DNA of 62,504 nt, the filler included, from Phoronis australis (lineage: Eukaryota; Animalia; Phoronida), in the NCBI GenBank assembly GCA_002633005.1. It is 5 parts of 5 records of this genome, joined end to end, with 100 filler letters (N's around TTAATTAATTAA, not from the genome) between each part and the next. Parts side by side here need not be neighbours in the genome. Positions count along the whole stretch, not along the records: positions 21,194 to 26,090 come from NMRA01001149.1; positions 26,191 to 53,506 come from NMRA01001007.1; 3 more parts are not named here. One strand, 5' to 3'. Positions within the stretch are counted from its first letter, which is position 1, and each line of letters starts with the position of its first letter. Of the stretch, positions 25,457 to 37,650 are shown piece after piece. The translations under genes and the position numbers were made by a program. The notes below the pieces were generated by a model. The model had not been told where the DNA came from. It made no database searches and saw only the letters and a program-made list of their open reading frames with translations.

Positions 25457-25604
25457 GGGCTAGTGAATGATCCTGAGAGGGGTGAGAACGGTCAGGGCAA
25501 CCCTATTCCTGATGATGAAATTGTGAAAGATGAACAACCCATGCTAGAGAAGGAGGTGCCTAATGGCAATGGTGTGCCAATCACAAAGCTGGATGAAGAG
25601 AATG
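25457..25604 (+). CDS. Internal exon of an unidentified acidic protein
   Basis: ctcatag|GGG CTA GTG AAT..., reading GLVNDPERGENGQGNPIPDDEIVKDEQPMLEKEVPNGNGVPITKLDEEN, then G|gtaggt. Phase 1 matches the next exon. Confidence 0.6.
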
Positions 25605-26039
25605 GTAGGTGGGACTTGTTGTCAATCATCCAGAATTAGTTGTTTGATTGACAGGCGTCGCCCTTATTTGTTTTGTCTTTCATGTGAAGTGTCTTTTGGC
25701 ATTGTTAGCAGATAAACTGGTTCTTCCTGATTTCACTGAATGTGTATTAGTTTACTTACACAGTATGGTAGTGCTGTTAGAGAAGAAGTTAGATTAGTGT
25801 GATTAACATTGCCCTTCGAAGACTCATTCTCTGGTGTTGGTTACTCTAGTCCATGCAATTGGTTTAAAAATGATCACTTTTTTATCGTATTTATTTACGA
25901 TGGACACAGTGGGCGCACATGAACACTGCTATCCATGGTGTTGTCAAGTGGTGTGGGCGTCATATCAACTTAGCACTTTTTAGAGCTTTTCTTTGGTAAA
26001 TGATTCCGTTAGTTAATCTTATCGATGTAACGTTTGCAG

Positions 26040-26090
26040 GTTGGGTGGTGCCTATCGAGGAGTTGTCGCCCGAAGAGAAGGAGAAACCAG
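26040..26090 (+). CDS. Following exon, truncated by the gap
   Basis: tttgcag|GT TGG GTG continues in frame from 25604 as GWVVPIEELSPEEKEKP. Confidence 0.55.
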
Positions 26091-26190
26091 NNNNNNNNNN
26101 NNNNNNNNNNNNNNNNNNNNNNNNNNNNNNNNNNTTAATTAATTAANNNNNNNNNNNNNNNNNNNNNNNNNNNNNNNNNNNNNNNNNNNN
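26091..26190. other. Artificial scaffold linker
   Basis: N44-TTAATTAATTAA-N44. Confidence 0.97.
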
Positions 26191-26929
26191 ACTGGCCGTC
26201 ATCAAAGTCGTTAACGATTCAAACTAACTCGGATAATCGCGAGTTTGCTCTTCAATACCTTCCAAGTACGGGAAAAATAGGTCAGTCGCAAAACGACACG
26301 CATGTCACTAGTGTTAATTTTCTTTCCGAGGTATAAAACAAAGCCGGGATTTGGTTTTTACATGTTGTGAAAAGACGTTTTAGAAAACTGAAGTTGTGTA
26401 AAATGAAAGTGACACACACCATATAAACTGCGTGTCAATTTTAAACCACACGCGGTCGTTTGTAGTGCGCAATGATGGGCGCTAGCTTGAACTGTGGGCG
26501 CTTAATTGGAAATTCTCAAAATTTAAGGGAGGACTTTTAATAGATCAGTGAGCGCTTATTATGAAACACTTTAAAGGTAGGGAGTAGGCTTGTGCGTGAG
26601 CATAGTCGTTAACCTCAGTGTTTGCGGTAATAAGATATTAAAACGCTGCAATGGTAAGAAACATTATAATAATACGATTTTGCGAGGCAAACTCCATCTA
26701 GTAGGGGTGACTTTCTGGATATCGTTACCACAAACTTTGTACCCTTTTTAGCCACCTGGAATGATTTTGTTTTTAACTGCCCACTTCAGCCGGAACAAGG
26801 TTGTTTCTATAGGAGTCTGAACATTTTACGGCGACGGTGGTTCGGGGAGCGAAAAGTTGCCGAGGGGGGTTGTATATAAAGAGAAGAATGAAAAGTTCGC
26901 TAACTTGAACCACAATTTCGCATCTAGTG

Positions 26930-27154
26930 CTAGTTTAGTTGCAATAGCTGGCTATGGGCATAGAATACAGGGAATACAGAACATCGACCTCGGGAAACAT
27001 CGGAACAGGAAAACGTCAGTTCTGGGTTATATCGGTCCCGGGACATCGGGTCTTTTATAACCGCTGGGAATCTGAGTTCATTTTCAAGTAAACCAGAGCT
27101 AAGCCGGTATACTCTTTCATTTAGGACTGTCGCTGAGTTCACGCACTTGAATCG
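26930..27154 (-). CDS. Candidate terminal exon of an unidentified minus-strand gene
   Basis: Phase-0 acceptor ctactccag|CGA, then RFKCVNSATVLNERVYRLSSGLLENELRFPAVIKDPMSRDRYNPELTFSCSDVSRGRCSVFPVFYAHSQLLQLN-stop. Confidence 0.4.
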   Translation of the reverse strand, partial: RFKCVNSATVLNERVYRLSSGLLENELRFPAVIKDPMSRDRYNPELTFSCSDVSRGRCSVFPVFYAHSQLLQLN

Positions 27155-27360
27155 CTGGAGTAGGCCTACACTTCACGTAGGCAACAGCATGTGAAAGACA
27201 AATCATATTTCGCGCACGTAGCCCCAGAAACAAGTAAAGGGTTTGAGAATTTCTTGGCAACTGAAAGTAAAGACGTGGCCGTTGTTTGGCGATTGATAAA
27301 GTTGTCATTTTCACTTTGGCTGTCTTAATACGATAAAAAGGAGAAGTACATCTCAGTCTA

Positions 27361-27930
27361 AGTCACGATTGTCTGCCGGGACCGCTTGTGCGCTAACGGT
27401 GCCGCAGTGCGATATCAGGGATATTGTCGCGGATATTTGGTACATGTAATAAGGACATCTTATGTGAAAAATAAACATTTTTGTCCACCACAAAGTTTGG
27501 TAAGTTGATCGCTTAAGAATTAGTAGAAACACCGTTGTTTTGTGAAGTTTTATCACGTGTTACCAGTGGCCCGAAACTTTCTTCGGCAAATCCGGGAATT
27601 TACAAAAGTGGCCGAAAGTGTTAGCCAATAAAACGCGTTAAAGATCGATTCTGCATATCCCATGTTCACTTGCTTACAAGTCATCTGGAGGGCTGTTTCC
27701 GGTTCGTGTTCTTTTGAACTTGGATTTGGCAACAACCAAATAACGGTCGGATTAACAAGAGTTGCTTTGTATTTGCCAGGTATCTGTTGAGAAGTGTAAA
27801 AACTCAGCTCGCATTCATTGGAAATTCAAGGTCACATTTTGCGACTTGATACGAGCTGACAAAAATCTCAGCTCGCATTTCTAAATTTCAGGTCGCAAAT
27901 GCGACCTGCAGCTCGTTATGTCGAGCCCTG
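27361..27930. repeat. Dispersed repeat (matches 13114-13300) plus a hAT-like terminus
   Basis: aagtcacgattgtc...gtgccgcagtgcgatat...aagtttggtaag is shared with 13114-13300. The segment ends gtcgagccctg (a CAGGGCTCGAC terminus). Confidence 0.55.
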
Positions 27931-27972
27931 CTTACTTCGCCTAATTCCGGCTGTTTACGGCTAAATACGTAC

Positions 27973-28267
27973 TGTTGACAAAATGGCAAAGCACGAGCTC
28001 TGAAGAAAGTAGCTTCTGAAAGAAGGGAACATCTGTTTTTGGGACGTTATTCCAAAGAATGACAATGTCTTATTCAAGGGACCGTGGAATTCATACTGCA
28101 AGTTGTATAGCGTATTTTTGCGGACATGGTGACTGCACTGACTTCGTAGCGTGTTGAGCTGACGATAATACTCGAGCCACAGTCGAGCCTCAAGGGAGTC
28201 AAGCCTTGACTCAAGCCTCGACTTGAGGTCATTTCGCATGCAGTACGGTAGTACGTGATCAGATACA
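27973..28267 (-). CDS. Candidate internal exon of the same minus-strand gene
   Basis: Acceptor cattgtaag|, 98 open codons (VSDHVLPYCMRNDLKSRLESRLDSLEARLWLEYYRQLNTL...AILST), donor ACA|gtacgt in phase 0. Confidence 0.45.
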
Positions 28268-28868
28268 CTTACAATGAATAATTATTCAAAACTTTCGAGA
28301 ATGGTTAAGAAAATATTGATGCTAAACATTGTCCAGTGCAAATTCATCAACACATTTTTGCAGATAGGTTTTTGCATGTATTAACATAACTAAGTTCAGT
28401 AAGGACATTTGATTAACAGGATCTTTTCACTATGCGCGTTATCCCTCAACTAAACAACTTAAATTATTCTGAAAATTGGTGATCAATTCACTATGTGTGT
28501 TTTAGAAACTGAGAGGCAAGTAAGTAGGAAAAGTACCCAGGAGGCGGCTGAATGAGTTCCAAAACCGAAAGTCCGAGCAAAAAAGACAAAAGTCCTCTAA
28601 AGAGGCAAGAATTTGGTGCGAAACCTCTGAACACTAAGCAAAGCCCTCTCCCTTTTTTCTTTTTTTTAGTCGCTCAGATAGTGAAAGGTAAATTTGGTCT
28701 GTGCATGGGAATCTGCGAATTTACTGGAAAAACTGCAAATCTGGCGTTCAGAGTACTCCAATGCAGTTTGGTTGGTACACAGGTCTGCTATTACCCCTTA
28801 ACCTAAATTTGCGAATGCTGATTATGCCATATACTGCTTTTGATACCAACTCTTGTCACTCTTATCAG

Positions 28869-29123
28869 GTATTGAATGCTTAGTCTGCTTAGTTGAGAGG
28901 GACTCGGACATCACTATTGGTGACAACAATGGCTGCCTACCTGCCCACTTAGCTGCCTGGAAGGACCACCTTGACTGTCTACGGTTCCTATGTAGACAGG
29001 GGACGGAGTTAGTTGCCACACAGGGAGAGGGGAAGACCCTGGCCCATGTGGCTGCCCAGCACAATGCAATCAACTGCCTGCACTGGTTGCTGGAGAAAGG
29101 CTCCGACCCAAATATACAGGATG
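28869..29123 (+). CDS. Ankyrin-repeat protein, internal exon
   Basis: ttatcag|GT...G|gtgagt. Ankyrin consensus in DNNGCLPAHLAAWKDHLDCLRFL and GKTLAHVAAQHNAINCLHWLLEKGSDPNIQD. Confidence 0.92.
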
Positions 29124-30247
29124 GTGAGTGGTTGCACTACTGACTCATTACACTTATTGAGGTGATTAAGAACAATGTTTCATACTTACTGGTAGCCTTG
29201 GTGTACAGCTGTATACTTAATATACACCTTTGCACCGATGTGGGTAAAAAATGGCCTAATAAAATCAAACCCAAAATTAGTGTCATTAAAATGTGCATTT
29301 CGTCTTGAGTAAACTAAATTATTTACCGCTGTTAGAAAAATTGACATTCTACCGTTATTCTACTGCTTAAGAGCACGTCCACGAATGGACCAGGCAAAAA
29401 GTGATAAAGGCTATGTCACGGATTTCCTCGATTGTTTGCATGATGGTAGGGGTTGATGCCCCAGCCTTCATACCCACATTAATTTTTTTGCGTGTGCCAC
29501 CTTGTGGTTGCTATGGGAACGTGTTTGTTTTTCTGTCAATTCCAAGCCTCGTTACAGCTAAATTTTGGCACTTTTTGCGAACTTACCTTGAGAACAATAG
29601 TGCAAATTGAAACACTTCAAGTTTATCACTGAATTGAGGTGTCTTTCAACTTGCCAGTCATAGAAAATACCACGGTTTCAGTTACATCTTAGCCGTTTTT
29701 GAAGGCTACCAGTTTAGCTAGTTTGTTGTGTTAAAAAAAAATTACTATATATGTTCACAATGCTGCCAACATAATTCAAGGCTTTGGTCAATAAACAAGA
29801 CAATTAGTGTAACTACTCTGAGACATCCGTTTATTAAGATTTTGAATTTATTTCCTTGCGGGTTTGATACTGTAGCAATATACATTTTGATGCACAAGTA
29901 TATTTACATGGTAGCGTATTGTTGTCATCTTGTCTGAGCATCCAATTGTCCTGGTGTCCATTCGACATCCAACAGATTCAACCACTGCATAAACTCGCGG
30001 CAGCCATTTTGGCACCAATGCATTAATTTTGAGGGAATAGTTTCTGGATGTTATCTAATAACTGATTTTCGAAATAGCCATGCCCTATTGAAATACACTA
30101 GACAGAGATCAGGGGCCTGTTCCAAGAAACTGACTTACCGGTAAGTTCATTTTTAACTTACGTCTAAGATTTGTTTTAACTTCTGAACTTTGAAACTTCC
30201 ACATTTGAAAAGTTGGTCAAAATTAAGACAAAACTTAGGTCATACAC

Positions 30248-31266
30248 CATAGGCGGATTTAAGGGGGAGCAAGGGGCTCGACCCCCCCTTGGCTGCCTCA
30301 AAAAATAAAACTGCAAGAGCGTATAGGGAAATGTTGAGTTTATTAATTAACTTTGATAATTAAAATTACACGGATGAAACAAGATTTAAATGTGTGCAGT
30401 TTTAGTGTTTGTGGGGGGGCTCAGATCCAATTTCAAGTGTCAAATTTGGATCACGGCGCATTCGTAACGGAACTATGGCTAAATATAGGCTCTCCCGCGA
30501 TATCTCAGGAGACCGGCTGTGGCGCTGCGCACTACGACTCCGTTTCCGTCATCTGCTCCACTGCGCAATTAAGAAAATTTACTTCATTTTTTAAAGAAAA
30601 TGGAACCTGAGTGACGATGAAAAAACAGAAGCTGCTGGTAAGATGTGAATTTTAATCGAAGCCATAGTGAATCACTCGGAAACTCATAATTCTCTCTTTG
30701 TCAAACCTTAACTTAAGACGATTTCCAAAGCAATCCCGTCATTATTGCCAACACGAAAAACAGATTTGGTCTTTTAGGCACTTGAAGACTATTTCAAATA
30801 CAACTAATTTGTTAAGAACTGATAACATAAAATATAAAACGTGTAATGAGCATTACAAAAAGAAGTAGGTTTCGCGCACAAACGCTGTGGACCGTAAACA
30901 AGAAGGTCTCTTAGTATAACATTAGTAGTCAAATCGTGGTGGTTTAGTGGTAAAGCACAGGCGCTCCTTCCGCCAGGTCGTGAGTTCGAGTCTGTGGAAC
31001 TTGCTGTTTTTCCTGTTTGACACGTTCTCTGTGTTTTTGTTTTTGTTTTTTTTTTTGTTTTTTTTCTTGGATAATACTTCAGGAATCAAGGAAAATGCTT
31101 AATTTTTAGAAGAAAAAACAGACAAATTTCCTGGGCGGGGGGCAAACCCCCCCTCCCGACCTCCCCCCATTCAGTGCTATACGCATCTACATTCGTGGTT
31201 TGCGCAAATGCTTACAGCCGTACAAAATGTTGGGCCCCCCCTTGTGATATCCTAGATCCGCCACTG
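30248..31266. mobile_element. hAT-like MITE with a 5-bp TSD nested in the Harbinger MITE
   Basis: CATAGGCGGATTTA ... TAGATCCGCCACTG. TACAC at 30243-30247 and 31267-31271. Confidence 0.75.
30936..31010 (+). repeat. tRNA-derived SINE head / tRNA-like pseudogene
   Basis: A-box-like TGGTTTAGTGG and B-box-like GAGTTCGAGTC at tRNA spacing. No proper acceptor stem. Confidence 0.5.
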
Positions 31267-32930
31267 TACACTTAAGTCAAACTTAAGATTTTTTCTTGAT
31301 TTGGTTTTGAGACAAATTCAACTTTTATTTTAAAATTTACTAAAATTTAAGATTTGTCTTAGCTAAGTCAGTTTTGTTGGAACGGGCCCCAGGCCTTTAG
31401 TGGACAGGTGTTCAGCACCACCAGCAGATACCATGTAATGCGAATGACGAAGAGGTTTCAACCTATTGCTGTAAAGAGCGTTTTAACACCTTTTCTGCTG
31501 TCATATTACAACCAAATTTCCACTGTTGTCGGGTGGGTGTCTTGCGGAACAAAAGCCAAGTCTTTTCGAAATGTCAATGGATAAATAAGGACATCAAGAC
31601 AATGTTCCATATATTTTCCACTGTGAAGAAGAATCCATGGCAAAGCCAGTACAAAAAGCGGGAGAATTTCGATCCCAGCCAGTATCCAAAAGCTAAAATG
31701 GATTAGTGAACTTAATAACCTAATCAAACAATGACAGTGGGATTTATTCCTGTGTTTTTAAATTAATGAACCACTATGTAGTAATTGAAATTCTGTCCGC
31801 GGAATCTGATTCAGGATCAAGCAGAAGTCACTTTCGTGTTCTCGAGCGCCAATGTGAAAAGTTCATTTTTTAACAGATTTCAAAGAAACTTGCCTCAGAG
31901 GTGATGGGCATATTGCAGCACCAGTTGATTTCGTAGCAAATTCAGTCACTGTAGCACCCCGTAGTTGTCATTTTGTACAGTTCTCCAGTTTTCTGCTCAA
32001 TATTCTAAAACCCTCTGGTCATATTTTGAAGGAACTTAGCACAAGGGTATTGAGTATGATTAGAGGGGTGCATGCTATTTTTCAATCTGGCACATCCCCG
32101 TTACCAGGAAACAGGGCTTTTGAATATTTTTGCGGAAAAGGGTTTCTGGATGATAGTTTTACACACGGAATATGATGCCAATGCAAGGGCACCAGTCAAT
32201 TTTCAATTAAAACACCTTTTACGGGCCATTTTGGAGCTTTTGGGACTAGGTTTTTGGGTGACGAATATGCTCGATATCTTAGAAACTACTTTGTCGTGTT
32301 TCAATAAAATGTGTTCAAAGCTGTTGGGCATCAGTTTGCTGCCCTGCCCCAGGGTACAGTGTTTTTCAGAATTTTTTGGAGAACAGCATTTCGAATATTT
32401 AAAGATTCAAATAACAGATTTCAGTGCAATTTGACACAGTGGTATGTGACAGCCATACTCCGGCAGATGTTGGTAATAATAAACGCAGCTTTGGTTTCTG
32501 TTTGGTTAACTACTTTTTGGTGTTGGGTGGATTTTAGTTCTTAAGGCCTTGAGATCATTATTGAATACCAGCTGAATTAGTCATTCTTTAAGGCATGTAG
32601 TTTGTAAGTTTGACCAGCTCACACAAGATTACACCGTTGTAATAAGATATTTCAGGGTTTCCCTGAGTTAACTTGCAACCTGGTAAAATGACCACCACTG
32701 AAAGTGATTGGAGGGCTACCTCAAAATGTTGAATTATTTGAGAAAATGATTCATTGATATACACAATACTCAATTTTTGCTGTATGAACCAAGGTTTCTG
32801 ATGTTTCTGAGTAATATATGCCAGTTATATTCAAGAATGGGAGCTTTTAATTTCATTTTACTGTTAACTCCCAAATTTGCTCCACTCCATGTAACTCGGA
32901 AGATCTCCATAGACCTCTGCCGTTTTCTAG

Positions 32931-33095
32931 TGTATGGCAACACCCCTGGGCACTATGCTGGAGAGGCAGGACATGCCAAGTGTTTCAACTGCTTTTTACA
33001 ACATGGAGGCGATCTTGACCTATGTAACAATACGGACGATACACCATTTGCTGCGGGTCGAAAAGGAGGACACCCTCTGAGATTAGAGAAAGCAA
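32931..33095 (+). CDS. Ankyrin-repeat protein, internal exon
   Basis: ttttctag|TG...A|gtaagt, phase 1-1. Reads VYGNTPGHYAGEAGHAKCFNCFLQHGGDLDLCNNTDDTPFAAGRKGGHPLRLEKA. Confidence 0.92.
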
Positions 33096-33969
33096 GTAAG
33101 TCCTAAAGTTGGTCCTTTGTTGGCTGTGCATTGAGGAAAAGTCCCTAGAACTTAAGTGTCCTGTTTTAAAATAATTATCAATCTTTGAGGCAATTTTTAT
33201 AAAAAGGCCACATTCATATAGTGCATAAAAGTTGATCTTTATGTCTTTGCTACTGTTAACATTTGCTGGAATTCATTAAATTCCAAATATGTTCAGGATC
33301 GCATCAGTGGTCATCTATTTCTTTTCAGGCATATGATTTTCAATTATGGCTTTTGGCAGTTTTGAGCTTCAATTTCTCTTTAGTGCATTGTTGAGTCCGG
33401 TAAAATTTTTTATACTTATTACGGCCTATGACAGAAGGAACTTATGTCTCAGATGTTTTATTTACCTTAACAACAGCAGTCAGCCATAAAAAGGACATCT
33501 TGGGGACAGTGGACTAATACGTAGATGCTGTTTCAGGGTAAATATAAATCCAAGATATAGTTCCCTGCATATAGTCTGGGGATAATATGGTTTAAAGATG
33601 AGGTCACCTGTTTTTTAGGTTCTTCAGAAAGTCATATACAAAGCAAGAAATCACTGTTTCAAAAAAATGGCAATCGCGTGATTATAAAGAGTTAGATATT
33701 GGACATGGATTAAGATTTTTTATTCATTGAGGATTGGGAAATAGTATAGCTTCATGATGGACAGTAAGCAGTTATTTATGATATGTGAAAGGACTTCATG
33801 AAGGTTGACAATGACTTTAAATGGTTAAACTGTGGGTATTGCTTTATGTTGGAGCTGTTGCTCTCTATGAAATGTGTTTGTTGTAGAACTAGCATCTTTT
33901 CTAGTCATTGTTAGTTACATGGGAGATGGCAGGATCCTGAGTAGTGATCGTGATAGTTTGGCCAGGGAG

Positions 33970-34995
33970 TAGGGGTAGTTCGGGGAAACTCGGACGGCGG
34001 TAAAATTCGGACAAGTCTAAATAAACGTCAAATATATTAGCAACCAAGATGCCTTACCACTAAATGAAAAGATTATTCACTTCTTTGAACAATAGTAGGA
34101 ATTTATTTATCACCTCACTTGAATTACAACAAAGTTTCAACAGATATGAGGCATGTTCAACACCTTATGTCGCTCTGCTGTCTGCTTTGCGTGCTGATTT
34201 CGAAAGTCTGCGGTAGGTACACTGTCTTTTCCAAGTTTATTTAGGTCACTTGGTCACTTGTCATGTAAATGAACTTGAATTTACTTGTTGCATATTTCAT
34301 CACTATGCAGTATGTGTTAATTCCAATAGATAAACTTACAAAAAAGCATGATTTCATCAAAAAACCGGTGTCAGAATTTTCCCTCAAACTTTTCGTATGC
34401 TGCGGGGAAATTCGGACACCCGTGTTTTTAGGCTAGATGCTTTTCTTGACGTTTTCTTGAGATTTTCGTAAACACGTGATGACCTCCTGTTTTAAGAGGT
34501 CAATCCAAAACTTAATTTGCCAACAACAATGGCGCTGTTTACCACCTGGGCTGCACACAAATTGGTAAGTGCGGACGTACTTTTACGTTGTTTATGTGGC
34601 CAGGACATGATGACTTCTTAAATTTTGTTATTATTCGTCTGATGATAAGACTGCAAAATAATACCTAAATTCATTTTTTGAAATCATAAAGTACTGTTAT
34701 ATATTTTGTCTGAGTTTTACCTATTCAGAATTTGCTGGTCCGAATTTCCCCGACACTCCGTCCGACTTTCCCCACCTGCATCTGAATTTGCCCGATTTTT
34801 ACCATTGTTATTATTCTTGAAATTCGAAGGCATTGGAAGTGAACTAGTAACGAAAAATCTCATTGGTTGGTTTCTTAAATGATTTGCGGAGATCCCATTA
34901 CTCGTCTAATGTTATTAGCTGACACATAAACCTTCAGTAGTAGGTAAGCAAGTCGAGCTAGTAGGTTTTGTCTGAATTTAGCCGAACTTCACATA
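33970..34995 (+). mobile_element. Uninterrupted copy of the MITE-like family seen at 8760-11760
   Basis: Long co-linear similarity to that copy. The end at 34945-34995 is the reverse complement of motifs at 8770-8822 and 8931-8970. Confidence 0.75.
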
Positions 34996-35242
34996 CAACA
35001 TCGTGAAGAGTATAGTTCTCAAGTTAAAACTTGAAAAACTTGTGTAGTGTTTTAAGTATAAAATTGAAGTGATATGTTTTTGACCATATGGTAAGGTTTC
35101 CTCAAATTTAGACAAACCTTATTGCCAAAATTGTAATTTTCCATATTTTGAAAGATCACTACATTCTTTAAAACGCTCAAACATCATTATGTTTTTGTCG
35201 ATGATAGCTCCACTATATAGACTGAACATATGATGAAGTAAT

Positions 35243-36485
35243 TTTTTTATGCGCCGACATATTTATATATGGAAGCATTATGCTGTCATCTCCATCCGTC
35301 CGTCCTGCGTCCGCTGCTCTTTCTCCAAAACTTCTTGATGTATGTTCATAAAGTTTTGCTCATGTGTTCCTTCCGTCGATGCCCCTAGTGGCAATTTTAT
35401 TTTTTACGTTTACCTCAGACTGTATCTTCAAAAGTCCTGAACGGATTTTCATAAAATTCGGTATGTAGGCACCTATTAGTGAGATGACGCTATCCTCTTG
35501 TATTCGGATGGATGTGACGTAGTTTGCACCACCTAGTGGCCATTTTTAATGTTTTTGAGTTTGTTTTTTTCGTCCACCCCTCCATCAACCAAACCACTCA
35601 AAGAATGATTGTAAAAATGGGCATGTACGTTCCTATTAGGAAGTGGACGGTTATGGTTGATTTTCCGACTTCGACTACTGTGGCGCAGTGCCTCTTAGTG
35701 GCAGTTTTGTTTTTTTTGCACCTATGCCTGTATCTCCTAAACCGTTCGCAGGATCTTTACTAAATTTAGTAAGTGTATTCACTGATGTTAACAACTGATG
35801 ACGACGACTTTCGGACAAATGTGACTTCTGATGTGCCCCCTAGTTACAATTTTAGTTTTTTACATTTAACTCTGTATGTTCAAAAGTCCTCTACATATTT
35901 TCATAAAATTTTAAATACAGCCATCTATTGGTGAGGTGACGCTATCCTCTTGTTTTTGGATGGAATTGAGGTATTTTACGCCACCTGGTGGCCATTTTTG
36001 CTGTTTTCAAATTTTGTTTTTGGCGTCCACCCCTCTATCAACCAAATCATTCTAAGGATGGTTTTAAAAATTGGCGTATATGTTCTCAGTGTGAAGGGGA
36101 CGTTTGATGATGGCGACTGACTACTGTGGTGCCTCCTAGTGGTAGTTTTGTTTTGTTTCGCGCCCATAGCTGTTTCTTCTAAACCCACTGCAGGATCTTT
36201 ATTAAATTTAGTGGGTGTATTTATAATGAAGATAACAACAGATGACTATGACTTTCAGGTGGATCCAACAGACACTGTGCCCACTTAAGTGGCAATTTCA
36301 TTTTATTCTGTTTTCTTTTGTTTCTCTGAAGTTATGAAATATGTATGGCATGTTCCCGTTTTTGGATGGATTGTACATTTTTGTGCCATCTAGTGGCCAT
36401 TTTTATGATACAAGTAAATAACCCTAAAAGCACACCATTTGTGATGCATTCGTGGGCGCATTTCAACGCTCCGCATTGCTCTTGT
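35243..36485 (+). mobile_element. HINE/DINE-1-like element, copy 2 (complete, ~1.24 kb)
   Basis: ttttttt-ATGCGCCGAC ... ccatccgtccgtcc ... internal tandem units ... GTGGGCGCAT (36452-36461), then hairpin caacgc-tcc-gcattg and a CTTGT end. Confidence 0.8.
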
Positions 36486-36689
36486 CCAGTTTGTTTTTGT
36501 GGAAAGTTTTTCAGAAATAAAATTTCACTTTTGCGTCATATTAATGTGTTCTAAATTACAGAAACTTTAGCATAAATATGTTGGTGATGTTCCTGTCTCA
36601 TGTTAATCAAACTTTTATAGTAAATTGTTATGTTTGTCAGTAGGTTTGGCATTTTTTTTTCAAATCACATGACTTGACATCTTTTGTAG

Positions 36690-36834
36690 TAAAAAATGAG
36701 ATAACATGTCCTATGTGTGTGAAGAAGCATGTGAGACTAGAGTGGGAGAAAGCTCACATGCCGAAACCTGTGGAAAGAGGCATCAGTCTCACAGCAAGCT
36801 ATGCATATACAAACCCTGTACCCTCCGTGCAAAG
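36690..36834 (+). CDS. Ankyrin-repeat protein, penultimate exon (not in the ORF track)
   Basis: cttttgtag|TA...AG|gtaggg, phase 1 in and phase 2 out, matching both neighbours. Reads IKNEITCPMCVKKHVRLEWEKAHMPKPVERGISLTASYAYTNPVPSVQR. Confidence 0.8.
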
Positions 36835-37650
36835 GTAGGGAAAACAATATACTGTAATTGTGCAGGATTGCATCCAGGGAAATAGTGTTTGCTAATCTGA
36901 AAGTGAGGCTGAGTTTTCTAGACAAGGGTGCTTAATGAGGCTGGATTCTTCTAGACTTGTGTGCTTAGTGAGGCTGTGTTCTTCAAGACAAGGGTGCTTA
37001 ATTGGAAAGTTGGTGGGCACTCCAGAACAATGCTGCTCATAATCTCAGAAAGTTGGTCAGTTGAAGGAGAGTGTGGTCCCAGACATAAGAATACAGTCAC
37101 AGAGTTTCTATAAACCTGCTCAGAGACCTTCCAAGAGCAAACCTTACATAATTTCCTGCAGATTTCATTTGTTCTATGGGAATGTCATCCTGTTACGGAG
37201 GATACAATGTCAATATGAATTACTAACTATATACAGTTCAAACTTTGCTGTTTACCATATCCAATGCTTGGCAGACAGGTGAATGAAATGCAAGATTGAT
37301 ATTTGTCAGAGCATTGTGTAAACAAGAAATTTCGCAAGTAAAGTGGTTCCTTGAGTCTATTGTCAGTGTTGTCTTTTTACCATGAAATAAAATGCTGTCA
37401 AATACTTCAGTCTTGGCTGTGTCAATTTCAGACAACGCAATTTTTTCTGTTCTCATCTATTCTTTTGTGCATTGCTCTATTTTTTCTGTTAATTTGAAGT
37501 CAGTGTCATTAGGTGGCAGTCAAAGTGTCACTGCTTTTAGAAAAAATGTTATTTGATTACTTTTGTTCTTGCATATAAATGTTATCAAACTTGTGCCGAA
37601 AAGATTCTTGATACTGACAGAAATATGTTAATTGTCTGGTCTTTACACAG

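Larger units (their letters stand above)
30113..31389. mobile_element. PIF/Harbinger-like MITE (3-bp CAG TSD) in the ankyrin intron
   Basis: GGGCCTGTTCCAAGAAACTGACTTA ... TAAGTCAGTTTTGTTGGAACGGGCCC. CAG at 30110-30112 and 31390-31392. Confidence 0.8.

Noticed and set aside
26651-26910. ATG|gtaag first exon spliced to an acceptor near 26812 as the ankyrin gene start
   Set aside because: The frame closes after about 32 codons, with no ankyrin similarity and no suitable donor.
30936-31010. Possible tRNA genes here and at 56020-56095
   Set aside because: A and B boxes are present but there is no complete cloverleaf or acceptor stem, so I treat them as SINE-derived.
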